Source: Candidatus Poribacteria bacterium
GTDB taxonomy: Bacteria > Poribacteria > WGA-4E > WGA-3G
Assembly: GCA_965242965.1 (NCBI GenBank)
Contig: OZ251518.1
Span: 2,368,001-2,432,000, forward strand
Length of the DNA: 64,000 nucleotides
Direction of reading: 5' to 3'
Part shown: piece by piece, positions 39,137 to 48,878 of the stretch
Layout of the letters: every line of letters starts with the position of its first letter
Numbering within the stretch: position 1 is the stretch's first letter
The notes under the pieces: model-generated
What the model saw: only the letters and a program-made list of their open reading frames with translations
Databases searched by the model: none
What the model was told of the DNA's origin: nothing
Position numbers and translations under genes: made by a program

Positions 39137-40126
39137 ATGGCATACCTCAGATGGGGAATAATCGGATGCGGCGATGTCGCCGAGCATAAAGGCGGGCCGC
39201 CGCTTTATACCGTTCATGATTCTGAACTCATCGCGGTGATGCGGCGCGACCGGAAGAAAGCCGAAGCGTTCGCCGCCAGACACGGCGCGAAATGGGCTTA
39301 CGCCGACGTAGACGCACTACTCGCTGACGACGAACTAAACGCTGTTTACATCGCTACGCCGCCGCACCTGCACTGCGAACAGACTCTCCGCGCGGCGCAA
39401 GCCGGCAAGCACATCCTTTGCGAAAAACCAATGGCGATGAACGTTGAAGAATGCCAGCGCATGGTGCAAGCGTGTTGGGACGCGGGCGTTACTTTGATGA
39501 TTGCCTATTATCGCAATTTCTATCCAAACATCGTGAAAATGAAGGCGTTGATAAAAGAGGGGGCTATCGGTGAAGTTGTCCTCGCTCGGGTCAACTGCAC
39601 CGGATTCTTCAACCCCAGTCGGCACGATTTTGCTAATTGGCGCGTGAACCCCGCAATCAGCGGCGGCGGAGTCCTCATGGACATCGGCAGCCACCGAATC
39701 TCGCTGCTTCAATATTTGATGGGCGATGTCGTCTCGGCGCGGGGACATGCGGAACCTGTCTACTTAGACGTTGATATTGACGACTCCGCCGTGTTTACGC
39801 TCCGTTTTGCGAGCGGCGCGCACGCTGTCGCGAACATCAATTGGAACATCGGCATCTCGGAAGACGCTGTCGAAATTTACGGCACGGAGGGATGCATCCG
39901 TTGTCCGCAACTGAATAACGGTAACGTGACGCTTGAGCAGGCGGGTAAAGTGTTTGAGATGCATGAACCGCCGTTGCGCTACACGCACACCGGACTAGTG
40001 GCGGATTTTGTCACACATCTCAAGACAGGCGCGCCTATCCGCTGCTCAGGCGAAGAAGGGTTGAAAACAAACGCTGTCATTGAGCAGATTTATGCCGAAG
40101 GCCCCTCCCGGAGGCGCGGTTTGTAA
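39137..40126 (+). CDS. Gfo/Idh/MocA oxidoreductase
   Basis: GIIGCG, HILCEKPMA and GGGVLMDIGSH motifs. Confidence 0.9.
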   Translation: MAYLRWGIIGCGDVAEHKGGPPLYTVHDSELIAVMRRDRKKAEAFAARHGAKWAYADVDALLADDELNAVYIATPPHLHCEQTLRAAQAGKHILCEKPMAMNVEECQRMVQACWDAGVTLMIAYYRNFYPNIVKMKALIKEGAIGEVVLARVNCTGFFNPSRHDFANWRVNPAISGGGVLMDIGSHRISLLQYLMGDVVSARGHAEPVYLDVDIDDSAVFTLRFASGAHAVANINWNIGISEDAVEIYGTEGCIRCPQLNNGNVTLEQAGKVFEMHEPPLRYTHTGLVADFVTHLKTGAPIRCSGEEGLKTNAVIEQIYAEGPSRRRGL

Positions 40127-40197
40127 TCCTAACCCTGATACGGAGCGGTATCTCCTTGATTTATCGGACAGATACCCATCGGCGGATTTGGGATTAT

Positions 40198-41352
40198 TCA
40201 TTGCGCAAGCCGTTTGGATTCCAACGCTAACCACTCCCAATAACCGCGTGGCATCTCCACCGGCGGTGCCAATCCAGCTTCCTCGCGCCAGCGGAGGAGA
40301 GGATGCCGCCGGTCTGCCTGCGGCAGCGCAACGCGTTCGCCATAAGCAGCGGATTCAAAGATGCCCATCATTATCTCGATGACATGACGTGCTTCCTTGC
40401 CGCTGCACCCGTGCTCGCGCCCGGCATCCAATGCGTTGACATATTCTTCCACGAACCAATAATCGGCTTCGGACGCGCCGCTTTTGGCATCGTAGTGTTC
40501 GGGATAGATAAGCTCCAACGCTTCCCACCGGTCATGCGTTCCATCGGGGATATAGTGTGGATGCGGCAACCACCACGCGCCGCCGCTTTTCCAAAACAGC
40601 CGCCCTTCACTGCCATAAAGTTCCATAGCATACGCGCCGGTGTCCATCTTGTCAAAGCGATGCTGGAGCAGGGTGCCGGTGACATTGCCGGTATACTGCA
40701 TCGTCGCGGTGATGTATTCGCCGGCGATGGTGCCCATGCCGCTCGGCGATGGCACAACGTCTTCAGGCGCGATAGGCTTGCCGCCTGTCGTAAGGTGCGC
40801 GACAACGCTTTGGCATTGCCGCCCGAAATGCAACATGTTATTGAGGGTGTGCGTGCCGATGTTCATCAAGCCATACCCGCCGTAATAGCCTTTGCCGCTG
40901 CCGTAAATATAGCGGAGTTCGCCGATTTTACCAGCCTGAAAGGCGCGCGCAATCGCCTGCATCGACGCGCCGACTCTGCCTTGGTGATGCACGGCTACCT
41001 GCACGTCTTTCGCCTCCGCTTTGGCGATAACGGCATCCGCTTGCACCAAATCAATGCACATGGGTTTTTCCACCTCAATGTGGACTCCGTGTTCCAGCAC
41101 GCGCATGCACAAATCGTAATGGAACTCCGTCCCGGTGGGAATCGCGACGATGTCGGGGGCAGTCTCCCGAATCATCTTATCCAAATCGGTGAACAGCGCG
41201 GTGACGTTGACTTCGTCGCCCAACGTATCAAGGCGTTCTTGCACCACATCACAGAGGCTGACAATGTTGGTGCGGGGATGCGCGTGGTAGGCGCGAGCTG
41301 CCGCTGTGCCGCGGCCTCTGCATCCCAAAATGGCAATTCGATAGTTTTTCAT
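40198..41352 (-). CDS. Gfo/Idh/MocA oxidoreductase
   Basis: AILGCRGRG, EKPMC and LMNIGTH motifs. Confidence 0.85.
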   Translation of the reverse strand: MKNYRIAILGCRGRGTAAARAYHAHPRTNIVSLCDVVQERLDTLGDEVNVTALFTDLDKMIRETAPDIVAIPTGTEFHYDLCMRVLEHGVHIEVEKPMCIDLVQADAVIAKAEAKDVQVAVHHQGRVGASMQAIARAFQAGKIGELRYIYGSGKGYYGGYGLMNIGTHTLNNMLHFGRQCQSVVAHLTTGGKPIAPEDVVPSPSGMGTIAGEYITATMQYTGNVTGTLLQHRFDKMDTGAYAMELYGSEGRLFWKSGGAWWLPHPHYIPDGTHDRWEALELIYPEHYDAKSGASEADYWFVEEYVNALDAGREHGCSGKEARHVIEIMMGIFESAAYGERVALPQADRRHPLLRWREEAGLAPPVEMPRGYWEWLALESKRLAQ

Positions 41353-41566
41353 GGGTTTCTCCTATTCTGCATGTCTATAGTAACCCCGAGATAAGAAACA
41401 CTAAGGTCTTTTAGGTTCTATAGGCAAATCCTTCCTGGCCCGTAGCGCGGGGGCCTGTCCCCCGCGATCGTTCGACCCGCGCGAAAAACGCACGCCGGCC
41501 AAGGCCGTTTTCCCGTTCTGATGGCATGGCGAGGGACAGGCCCTCGCCCTACAGTGACGACGCTAT

Positions 41567-41638
41567 AATCTTGCTAATCTTGGAAATCCTGCAAATCCTG
41601 CTCAATCTTGGAAATCCTGCTCAATCTTGGAAATTCTG
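41567..41638. repeat. AATC(C/T)TG short tandem repeat, 9-10 bp period
   Basis: AATCTTGCT AATCTTGGA AATCCTGCA AATCCTGCTC...; a similar tract lies at about 56112-56150. Confidence 0.7.
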
Positions 41639-41722
41639 TTGCTTTAAAACCGATTTTGTGGTATCCTCATAGAAAAAGAGTCGCGACCGGGAGGTCGCGG
41701 CGATATGCAAAGGAGAACCCGA

Positions 41723-41977
41723 ATGAACGTTACAGTCAAATACTTCGCTGTCTGCCACGAGATGCTCGACAGAGCCGAGGAGGAAATGCACCTCCCCGAA
41801 GATGCTACCGTCAAAACGATTTTGGAACGGCTCGAGGAAGAATGGCCCGAAATCGCTGAGTTTTACGAGGTGATGCAAATGTCTGTCAACTGGGAATATG
41901 CCACCGAACATACCGAACTCGCCGATGGCGATGAAGTCGCGCTGATTCCACCAGTCACAGGGGGCAGCGATGTTTAA
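41723..41977 (+). CDS. moaD: Molybdopterin synthase sulfur carrier subunit
   Basis: VKYFA...DGDEVALIPPVTGG followed by an SDV extension. Confidence 0.85.
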   Translation: MNVTVKYFAVCHEMLDRAEEEMHLPEDATVKTILERLEEEWPEIAEFYEVMQMSVNWEYATEHTELADGDEVALIPPVTGGSDV

Positions 41978-42410
41978 GATAACCACCGAAGTTATCACCG
42001 GCACCGAAGTTCGCGTAGCAGTAGAGGGACCGGATGCCGGCGCAGTCGTGGTATTTCTCGGCACGGTGCGGAATAACACCGATGGCAGACCGGTGACTCG
42101 GCTTGAATACGAGGCTTACCCACCGATGGCGGAGAAGAAGATGGCGGAGATCGCGCAAGAAATCGCGCAAAAATGGGGCGATACTCTCCGCACCGCTATG
42201 GTGCATCGCATCGGGAAACTGGAAATCGGCGAGGTGAGCGTCGCCGTCGCCATCGCCTCGCCGCACCGAAAAGATGGGTTTGAAGCATGCCAATACGCCA
42301 TGAATCGCCTCAAGCAGATTGTGCCTATCTGGAAACGCGAAGTCTGGGCTGATGGCGAGGCGGAATGGGTGAAACCGGACGCGGTGTTTTTTGATGGGCG
42401 GCCGGCATGA
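41970..42410 (+). CDS. moaE: Molybdopterin synthase catalytic subunit
   Basis: GAVVVFLGTVR, LEYEAY, HRIG and LKQIVPIWKRE motifs. Confidence 0.92.
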   Translation: MFKITTEVITGTEVRVAVEGPDAGAVVVFLGTVRNNTDGRPVTRLEYEAYPPMAEKKMAEIAQEIAQKWGDTLRTAMVHRIGKLEIGEVSVAVAIASPHRKDGFEACQYAMNRLKQIVPIWKREVWADGEAEWVKPDAVFFDGRPA

Positions 42411-42434
42411 ACGGCAGCTGTCCCAGCGATAGCA

Positions 42435-43559
42435 TTACACGCAAAACCTGTCAACAAATCGGCTGAAAATGGAAACGCCTTTGTCAAACTGGTCCAACGC
42501 CATCCACTCATCAACGGTGTGCGCTTGTAGAATGCTCCCCGGCCCGATGATGACGATTTCCATGTGTTGCGCGAAGGCGGTTGCATCCGTGCCGTAGGCG
42601 ACGGTGCGCGGTTCTGTCTCACCGGTAATCTCAAGGGCGGCTTGGATAATCTCGGCATCGGGCTCGGTGCGCACCGGCGGTCCTTCGATTAACATAGCGA
42701 AATCTAATCCGTGTTTTTCTGCGGACTCGCGCGCCTTGCCTATCCACGCTTGCGTATCGTGTCCCGGCATCGGCCGGTAGTTGATATTGCACACACTGCG
42801 CGGCGCAGTGATGTTCGCCGCACACTCGCCATCGCTGAGCGTGATATTCCAATCCGTAAACGGCGGCGAGAATTCGGCGTTGAAATACCGCGTATCGGTA
42901 GTCAACTCGTCATGAATCTCACGCATTTCGGCGAGGAACGGAATCATCTTGAGGTTGGCGTTAACACCCTTGCCGGTACTACTGTGCGCGGCGTATCCGT
43001 GCGCCGTGACGGTAAACCGGCAGACACCTTTGTGCCCATACACGGCGTGCAACTCTGTCGGTTCGCCGACAATGCCGTAGCGTGGAAACCCATGCCGTTT
43101 GAACATCTCCGATTTTTCGACAACAGCCGTCGCGCCGAGGTAGCCGACTTCTTCATCGGCGGTGATGACGACATACAACGGCGCGGCGAGTTCTGATGCA
43201 GTGTATCGGGACGCGACTTCTATCATACAGGCGACGCTCCCTTTCATATCGCAGCTGCCGCGCCCATACATCTTGCCATCAATAACCCGTGCCTCAAACG
43301 GATTTTCTGACCAGGCGATGGCAGGCACCGTGTCAATATGCCCTAGCAGTGCTAGCCCGCGTTCGTCTGTGTTCGTTCGTCCCTTGCGCCCAATCAGATT
43401 CACCTTCGGCACGCCGCCCGGGTCGGTGTATTCCACCCGTTCCACTTCGCAATCGATGGATTCAAGCGTTTCAGTGAGGTAGTCCATCACTTCAACGTTG
43501 CTCCGCGTGCTGACTGTATTGTAACTAATGAGGGTTTTGGTCAGTTCTTTTGCATCCAT
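42435..43559 (-). CDS. argE: M20 family acetylornithine deacetylase-like hydrolase
   Basis: GHIDTVP, GRGSCDMKG, ADEEVG, GEPT and AHTVDE motifs. Confidence 0.75.
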   Translation of the reverse strand: MDAKELTKTLISYNTVSTRSNVEVMDYLTETLESIDCEVERVEYTDPGGVPKVNLIGRKGRTNTDERGLALLGHIDTVPAIAWSENPFEARVIDGKMYGRGSCDMKGSVACMIEVASRYTASELAAPLYVVITADEEVGYLGATAVVEKSEMFKRHGFPRYGIVGEPTELHAVYGHKGVCRFTVTAHGYAAHSSTGKGVNANLKMIPFLAEMREIHDELTTDTRYFNAEFSPPFTDWNITLSDGECAANITAPRSVCNINYRPMPGHDTQAWIGKARESAEKHGLDFAMLIEGPPVRTEPDAEIIQAALEITGETEPRTVAYGTDATAFAQHMEIVIIGPGSILQAHTVDEWMALDQFDKGVSIFSRFVDRFCV

Positions 43560-43566
43560 GCAGTTT

Positions 43567-43595
43567 ATTTTACAAAAAACTGCGAATTTTGTCAA
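43567..43595 (-). promoter_or_regulatory. sigma70 promoter giving a probably leaderless argE-like mRNA
   Basis: TTGACA-17 nt-TAAAAT, 7 nt from the ATG; no SD. Confidence 0.6.
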
Positions 43596-43634
43596 GGATT
43601 TTTCGTCTACAGAAGTCCTGCAAAAGAAAGTGAC

Positions 43635-43663
43635 TTGACATTTGCTGCAAATGATGGTATAAT
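43635..43663 (+). promoter_or_regulatory. Consensus sigma70 promoter
   Basis: TTGACA-17 nt-TATAAT immediately before a MITE. Confidence 0.75.
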
Positions 43664-43669
43664 TATTGT

Positions 43670-44048
43670 GAGTCCATAAATCGCTCAGCATCGCGGGGGA
43701 CAGGCCCCCGCGCTACGATGAAAAATGGGGAATTGTCGGTAGGAGAGACCTCCTGGTCTCGATGCTTCAGTCACTCGCAAACGAGAGCGATGCGCCTATC
43801 CTCTAGTGCAGGCGCAACGCCCCTGTAGGTCAAGATCGTCTGAAGCTCTGGCACATTTGCCAAGCGATCTTGACCCGTTCGGGAGCGGGCGCTCCCGAAC
43901 TACAGAAATGGGCTCAATGCCTTCCGGTAGGAGGGACATCCTTGTCCCGATACGCAGCACATTGAGACCAGGAGGGCACGCCTCCCCGAAGAAATCGAGA
44001 CCGGGAGGTCTCTCCTACCGGGAAGCCATCGAGATATGAAACACCCTC
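43670..44048. mobile_element. Composite MITE with a partly deleted left TIR
   Basis: Right TATGAAACACCCTC; flanks AATTATTGT and AATTATTTT; interior has REP families A, B, C, E and F. Confidence 0.65.
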
Positions 44049-44060
44049 AATTATTTTGTC

Positions 44061-44306
44061 ATGGAGGAACTTGTCATGAAAGAAATGAGTGGAAAGTGTT
44101 ATTTGCCCGGCTTCGATCCGGAGACTTACACGGACCCGGTCCTCGAAGAATGCTACCGAATCAAGCGGGAACTCAGCGCGGAACTCCGGAACGTTGAGGA
44201 CTACTATGAATACGCGGTAGCGCAAAAAGAGAAATGGGAGAAAGCAGGAGTGAAATATCTCCCTCTCCCGCCGCACTTGACCCCGATCCGTCCGGAGAAA
44301 GATTAA
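44061..44306 (+). CDS. Small hypothetical protein
   Basis: 81 aa ORF with GGAGG (alternative start ATG 44076); DPVLEECYRIKRELS motif typical of small TA-associated proteins. Confidence 0.5.
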   Translation: MEELVMKEMSGKCYLPGFDPETYTDPVLEECYRIKRELSAELRNVEDYYEYAVAQKEKWEKAGVKYLPLPPHLTPIRPEKD

Positions 44307-44734
44307 GTCTCTCCTATCGGAAGAAATCGAGACCAGGAGGTCTCTCCTACGGGGATGTGCATCAAGATTACAGAATAGGCGCAGTTTCACGTAGGGCTTG
44401 GGCCCTCGCCTGCCACACGCGCAGGCGAGCGGGTTTCCCTCGCCATGCGTTTGGCTGGCAGACCGCATCACCCCTGTAGTTCAAGATCGCCTGATCTTGA
44501 CCCGTTCAGGAGCGGGCGCTCCCGAACTACAGAAATGGGCCCGATGCATGCCGGTAGGAGGGACATCCTTGTCCCGATACGAAAAATCGAGACCGGGAGG
44601 TCTTTCCTACCCCGAAGCCATCGAGCCCCGAGGTCTCTCCTACCGGGATGTGCATCGAGACCGCGGAATAGGCGCGGTTACAAACCGCGCCTACCGTCAC
44701 ATCTCTTGCAAATTGCCTGCATCAGGACTGATTC

Positions 44735-47122
44735 CTAAAAATCCACCTGATACAGAAATTTAACATTCCTGCCCGGCTCCGGCATCACCGATTTAATGCG
44801 CGAGAGATGGGCGTGATGGATGGTGTCCAAGAGGTTCTCAACTTCAAAGACTACCAAATGTTGCAATTTCCACCACGACAGGCTGAGATACCCCCCTGCA
44901 TCATAGACGAGATACCCGTCTGTCGGTTCTTCAAATTCACCGAGGCGCGTTTGGCCCGCGGAAAATCGGGTTGTGAAATGAATGTCAACATCCAGCGTTT
45001 CACGCGCGAGCAAATCGCCGCTGATGCGGAGTTTCCCGTTGAGCGGAGGCATCCGCTCTAACGGCTGTCCACTCGCAGCAATCGTGCCGTCGACGTAACT
45101 CATATCCATCTGCACATTCAGACGCGGTAAGACTTCGGCATCAAGGCGCATTTCCACGCCATCCATGATGACATCATGCCCCATGTATTGGTAAATCCAC
45201 AGCCATCCAGCTGGGCCGCTCCCCCATTCTTTTTCGCCGGTGTTTGTCGGAATGAGATACCCTTGGATCTGGTTACGGAAAAGCGCGAGATCCAGCTTGA
45301 GTCTGTCGGCGGCATACCGTGCGAACACTTCGCTGCCGTATCCGTGCTCCGCGTCAAGTTCCGCATTGCCGACTTCATAAGCATAGACAGCGAGATGCGG
45401 GCCATCGGAGAAGAGCTCCTCTATGCCGGGCGCGCGAAACGTCTTCATTAACGTCGCACCGGTGCTGAGCCTATTACTCCAGTGGTAAATCCCCGAAGCC
45501 GCGCCGGATACGCCTTGAAAATCACGCCGTTTGACAAGTCCCGCGCGGATAACTGTGCCAGGGTGAAACGGCTCCGCGCGCCTGATGTCATAACGGATAG
45601 CACCTTGCAAGGTGAACCGGTCGAAGTTTCGTTGGTTGAGATAGAACCCGGCGAGCGCGAACTCGCGGGTGTGCGGTGTCCAATAAAACCCGCCGGTGGC
45701 GTGGTCCCGATATTCTCCCCACACGCCCGCGATGGCACTGTCCATCACATAAGCCATCGCCGAGAAGTTATAGGTAAGCACGCCGAATTCCACACCGAGG
45801 GTGCCGTTTGCTTCCAACTCTTGGTGCTGATAACGGGTGTAGGCAGTCTGGAGTTTTATCTTCTTTATCCACGCGGGCGAATAAAAAGAACTCCCCTTAC
45901 CTGCTGAAGGCGCGGTATCAAAGCGGTATTCCAGTTGTCCTTCATACCGCTGCCTGTCCAACGCGATGTTCACCCCGCTGAGATGCCCCTCCGGCGAACC
46001 AGGAATACCGTAATCAGACTGGTAACTGCCCCCCGATATACCGACATTCCCCCACGGCTTCACAAACGATGCCCCGGTCAAAAAATTGAGCGTGGACAGG
46101 GACGTGTTCTTTAATGTGCCGAGGGGTGTCTGTGTATCATCGGCGATGCGTCGATTCCATTCAACCGCGCCGACAAAATCGCCGAGCGGTGCGACGAAAC
46201 CCGCGTTAGCAGTCCTCCCAGAATTGACAGATTCGCTTTGGAAGGTGAGATGCGTATCGGCGCGTTGCGGCACAAAGTCAAGGATGCTGTTGCGTTTGAC
46301 GTTGACAACCCCACCGAGGGTGCTTGAGCCATAGATGAGCGAGGCAGGGCCGCGCGTAACCTCAACGCGCTCGGCAGAAGTCGGATCGAACGCAACGGCG
46401 TGGTCTGCGCTAGAAGCCGATTTGTCGCCGGTGCGCGCACCGTTTTCAAGGATGAGCAGTCTATCGCCGCCCAACCCGCGGATGACTGGACGCGCGACCG
46501 CGCGCCCCATCGTCCGTTGCGCAACGCCGACTTCGTCCGCCAGCGTATCCGCTAATGTCATCCCCAGTTGTTTCGGGAGAGATACCTCACTCAATACCAG
46601 ATCCGTTGTTTTCTCAAATTGCGAGGTATCGCGGCGTGCACCGTAAACCTGCACCTTCTCAAGTTGAAAAGGCACTCGCTGCAACGCAATCTGGATTTCA
46701 GGCGTAGACTCCCCGACATCAACTACCTTCTCAAATGCCTGATAGTCATGCAGTGCGAACTGAAGCGTCTGTTGTTCTTCAGGCACTTTGTCAAGTTGGA
46801 ATCTGCCATCCGCGTCGGTGCGTGTCGTCATCGGCGGACCGCGCCTGCCGGGTGTGACGCTAACGGTAACCCCGGCGAGCGGCCCGCGGCTTCGTTCGTC
46901 AAGCACCTGTCCGCGAAGCGTCCACGTTTTCACCTCAATGCCTTGCGCATTCCTGACGTAGCAGAACAGACACACTATCCCCAAGCCGAGCAAAAATCGC
47001 CGCCAATGGGGCCAAGCACGAGGCCAAGCACTACGAGGCCAAGAGCCACGGTGCCAAGCGCAAGTGCATACGGAGGCGCGCCGGCAAGGCACGCCTCCAG
47101 AAAACGAAAAATAATTTCGCAT
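44735..47122 (-). CDS. TonB-dependent receptor (metal-uptake type) with an N-terminal carboxypeptidase-regulatory-like domain
   Basis: RPVIRGLGGDR, DHAV, EVTRGPASLIYG and HLSRIK..PEPGRN motifs; C-terminal Phe. Confidence 0.85.
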   Translation of the reverse strand: MRNYFSFSGGVPCRRASVCTCAWHRGSWPRSAWPRAWPHWRRFLLGLGIVCLFCYVRNAQGIEVKTWTLRGQVLDERSRGPLAGVTVSVTPGRRGPPMTTRTDADGRFQLDKVPEEQQTLQFALHDYQAFEKVVDVGESTPEIQIALQRVPFQLEKVQVYGARRDTSQFEKTTDLVLSEVSLPKQLGMTLADTLADEVGVAQRTMGRAVARPVIRGLGGDRLLILENGARTGDKSASSADHAVAFDPTSAERVEVTRGPASLIYGSSTLGGVVNVKRNSILDFVPQRADTHLTFQSESVNSGRTANAGFVAPLGDFVGAVEWNRRIADDTQTPLGTLKNTSLSTLNFLTGASFVKPWGNVGISGGSYQSDYGIPGSPEGHLSGVNIALDRQRYEGQLEYRFDTAPSAGKGSSFYSPAWIKKIKLQTAYTRYQHQELEANGTLGVEFGVLTYNFSAMAYVMDSAIAGVWGEYRDHATGGFYWTPHTREFALAGFYLNQRNFDRFTLQGAIRYDIRRAEPFHPGTVIRAGLVKRRDFQGVSGAASGIYHWSNRLSTGATLMKTFRAPGIEELFSDGPHLAVYAYEVGNAELDAEHGYGSEVFARYAADRLKLDLALFRNQIQGYLIPTNTGEKEWGSGPAGWLWIYQYMGHDVIMDGVEMRLDAEVLPRLNVQMDMSYVDGTIAASGQPLERMPPLNGKLRISGDLLARETLDVDIHFTTRFSAGQTRLGEFEEPTDGYLVYDAGGYLSLSWWKLQHLVVFEVENLLDTIHHAHLSRIKSVMPEPGRNVKFLYQVDF

Positions 47123-47134
47123 GATGTGTTCTCC

Positions 47135-47767
47135 CTATTGCACCGTTATCGGAATCGGGAGAGCGGCGGTGAAGTCCGGATGGTCTCCGTGAATAAGCTG
47201 CAGTGTGATGTGCGTCGTCCCGGCTTTCACGCCTACGACTTCAAACACCCACTTTTCTTCATCCTCTTCATGCGCGTCCTCCTCTTCTTCAGCGTGCCCA
47301 TGCTCGTCTTCCTCGTGTTCTTCTTCCTCGTGTTCTTCAACGTGAAGATGAACCTCGGCGATTGCGGTGTCGTAGCCAGTCAGCCCCAAGGCGAATTCTT
47401 CTACTTCGTCGTGGGCATGGCCATGTTCGTCCTCTTCGTGTTCCCCTTCCTCTTCAGGTTGGGGAATGAACCCCACGCCATCGGGATTGAGAAATTGGAC
47501 ATGCACGTCAATTTCCTCACCGACACCGACGGTGATACCGCCTGTCTCGGTGCCTTGGAACTGCCGGTAGATTTCCACGCCGTCCACTTCTAGGAAAAAG
47601 CCATCAGCTTCGGCGTGATAAGGCGCGTCTTCTTCGGTTGCCGGTGTGTCAATAATAGGGTTATCGTCTTCGCCGCAGCCGGCAAAAAACAGTGCGGCCG
47701 CGAAAGCGACGAACATCAGTGCAACAGAGGCGACAGGAATGTCGCGGCTCAAAAATTTCGTAAACAT
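47135..47767 (-). CDS. His/Glu-rich lipoprotein (putative metal-binding)
   Basis: Lipobox FAGC; EHEEDEHGH repeats; LIHGDHPDF. Confidence 0.7.
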   Translation of the reverse strand: MFTKFLSRDIPVASVALMFVAFAAALFFAGCGEDDNPIIDTPATEEDAPYHAEADGFFLEVDGVEIYRQFQGTETGGITVGVGEEIDVHVQFLNPDGVGFIPQPEEEGEHEEDEHGHAHDEVEEFALGLTGYDTAIAEVHLHVEEHEEEEHEEDEHGHAEEEEDAHEEDEEKWVFEVVGVKAGTTHITLQLIHGDHPDFTAALPIPITVQ

Positions 47768-47983
47768 CGTATCCTCCAAAAAGAGTCATTTTGTCTAATC
47801 CGCGCAAACATTTAGCGCGAACATTTAGAATTGTGCCAGCAGTGTTGAAGGCGCGCGAAAGTATACGGCAACGTTACGTCTAGTGCCGTTCTGCCCATTT
47901 AGGGCGACATATTACGGACGCGCCGAAAAGCCGGCGGGAGCGCAGAAACGGTGTTTTCCGCGCAAAACAGAAATGAACGTTCG

Positions 47984-48286
47984 TTAGGAGGATACGGGAG
48001 GCCCGCGAATGAGCGTGTGATATGGAAGTTTTAACGTGAGGATGACTGCCTCAGAACACGGCGGTTTCGCGTAAGAAATGGCAGGCGAAACGGGCGCGAA
48101 GGCGTAGCTTTCAACATGAACGCGATGCGCTTGGTAAAAGCACGCAGAACACTCGCTTTCCGAGCACTCGCTTTCCGAATCGACATCGTCATGGGAATGC
48201 GTCAGTGCGGTAAGACTCAGCACCGTGACATAAACACAGATGCCGAAAAATATGAGAAGATGAGTTAGAATGCTATCGTGTTTCAT
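47984..48286 (-). CDS. DUF2946-like leader protein with signal/TM, HSH, CxxC and C-terminal RGPP
   Basis: THSHDD..ECSAC...LIRGPPVSS*, upstream of the lipoprotein and TonB receptor; promoter TTGACA-17-TATAAT at about 48361-48333. Confidence 0.7.
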   Translation of the reverse strand: MKHDSILTHLLIFFGICVYVTVLSLTALTHSHDDVDSESECSESECSACFYQAHRVHVESYAFAPVSPAISYAKPPCSEAVILTLKLPYHTLIRGPPVSS

Positions 48287-48410
48287 TATTATTTCGCGCC
48301 AACCGAGATGAGCGACTGTCAACTTGCAAAGTATTATACCACATTTTGCGGGTGATGTCAAATTTTTTTTTGATGTTGACATTCGTTCGCATTTTCGTGT
48401 ATACTTAAAT

Positions 48411-48842
48411 GAGGGTGTTTCGTAAATCGCTCAGCGTCGCGGTGACAGGTCCCCGCGCTATTGCCGGTAGGAGAGACCTCCTGGTCTCGATCTTCCGTAG
48501 CGCGGGGGCCTGTCCCCCGCGTTGTCCATCGTCAAGCGGTGGTGTTTTAGGTCCTTTAGGTCCTACATGTCTATAGCAGCACGTGTCGTCCTGTTTTCAA
48601 GGTCCTTTAGGTCCTTAATAAAACACGCGCCGCATGGCAAAACCTATTAAGGACCTAAAGGACCTTAGAGTTCTTCGCGAGCACGCGTGCTATAGACATT
48701 AAGGTCCTACGGACCTAAGAACCGTTTTTTCATCGTCGTGCGGGGCAGAAATCGAGACCGGGAGGTCTCTCCTACCGGGGAAATGGAATCGCTCGGGGTA
48801 TCGCGAAACCATTTTGACAACAACGAGTTAGGAAACACTCTC
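48411..48842. mobile_element. Composite MITE
   Basis: GAGGGTGTTTCGTAAATC ... GAGTTAGGAAACACTCTC; flanks ACTTAAAT and AATTAAAT. Confidence 0.75.
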
Positions 48843-48878
48843 AATTAAATCTAAATAACACAGAAAAGGAGAATCAGT

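Noticed and set aside
40303-41394. Long antisense or alternative-frame ORFs (also 46568-47593, 49277-50200, 12157-13011, 14757-15773)
   Set aside because: Shadow frames of well-supported genes in GC-rich coding DNA
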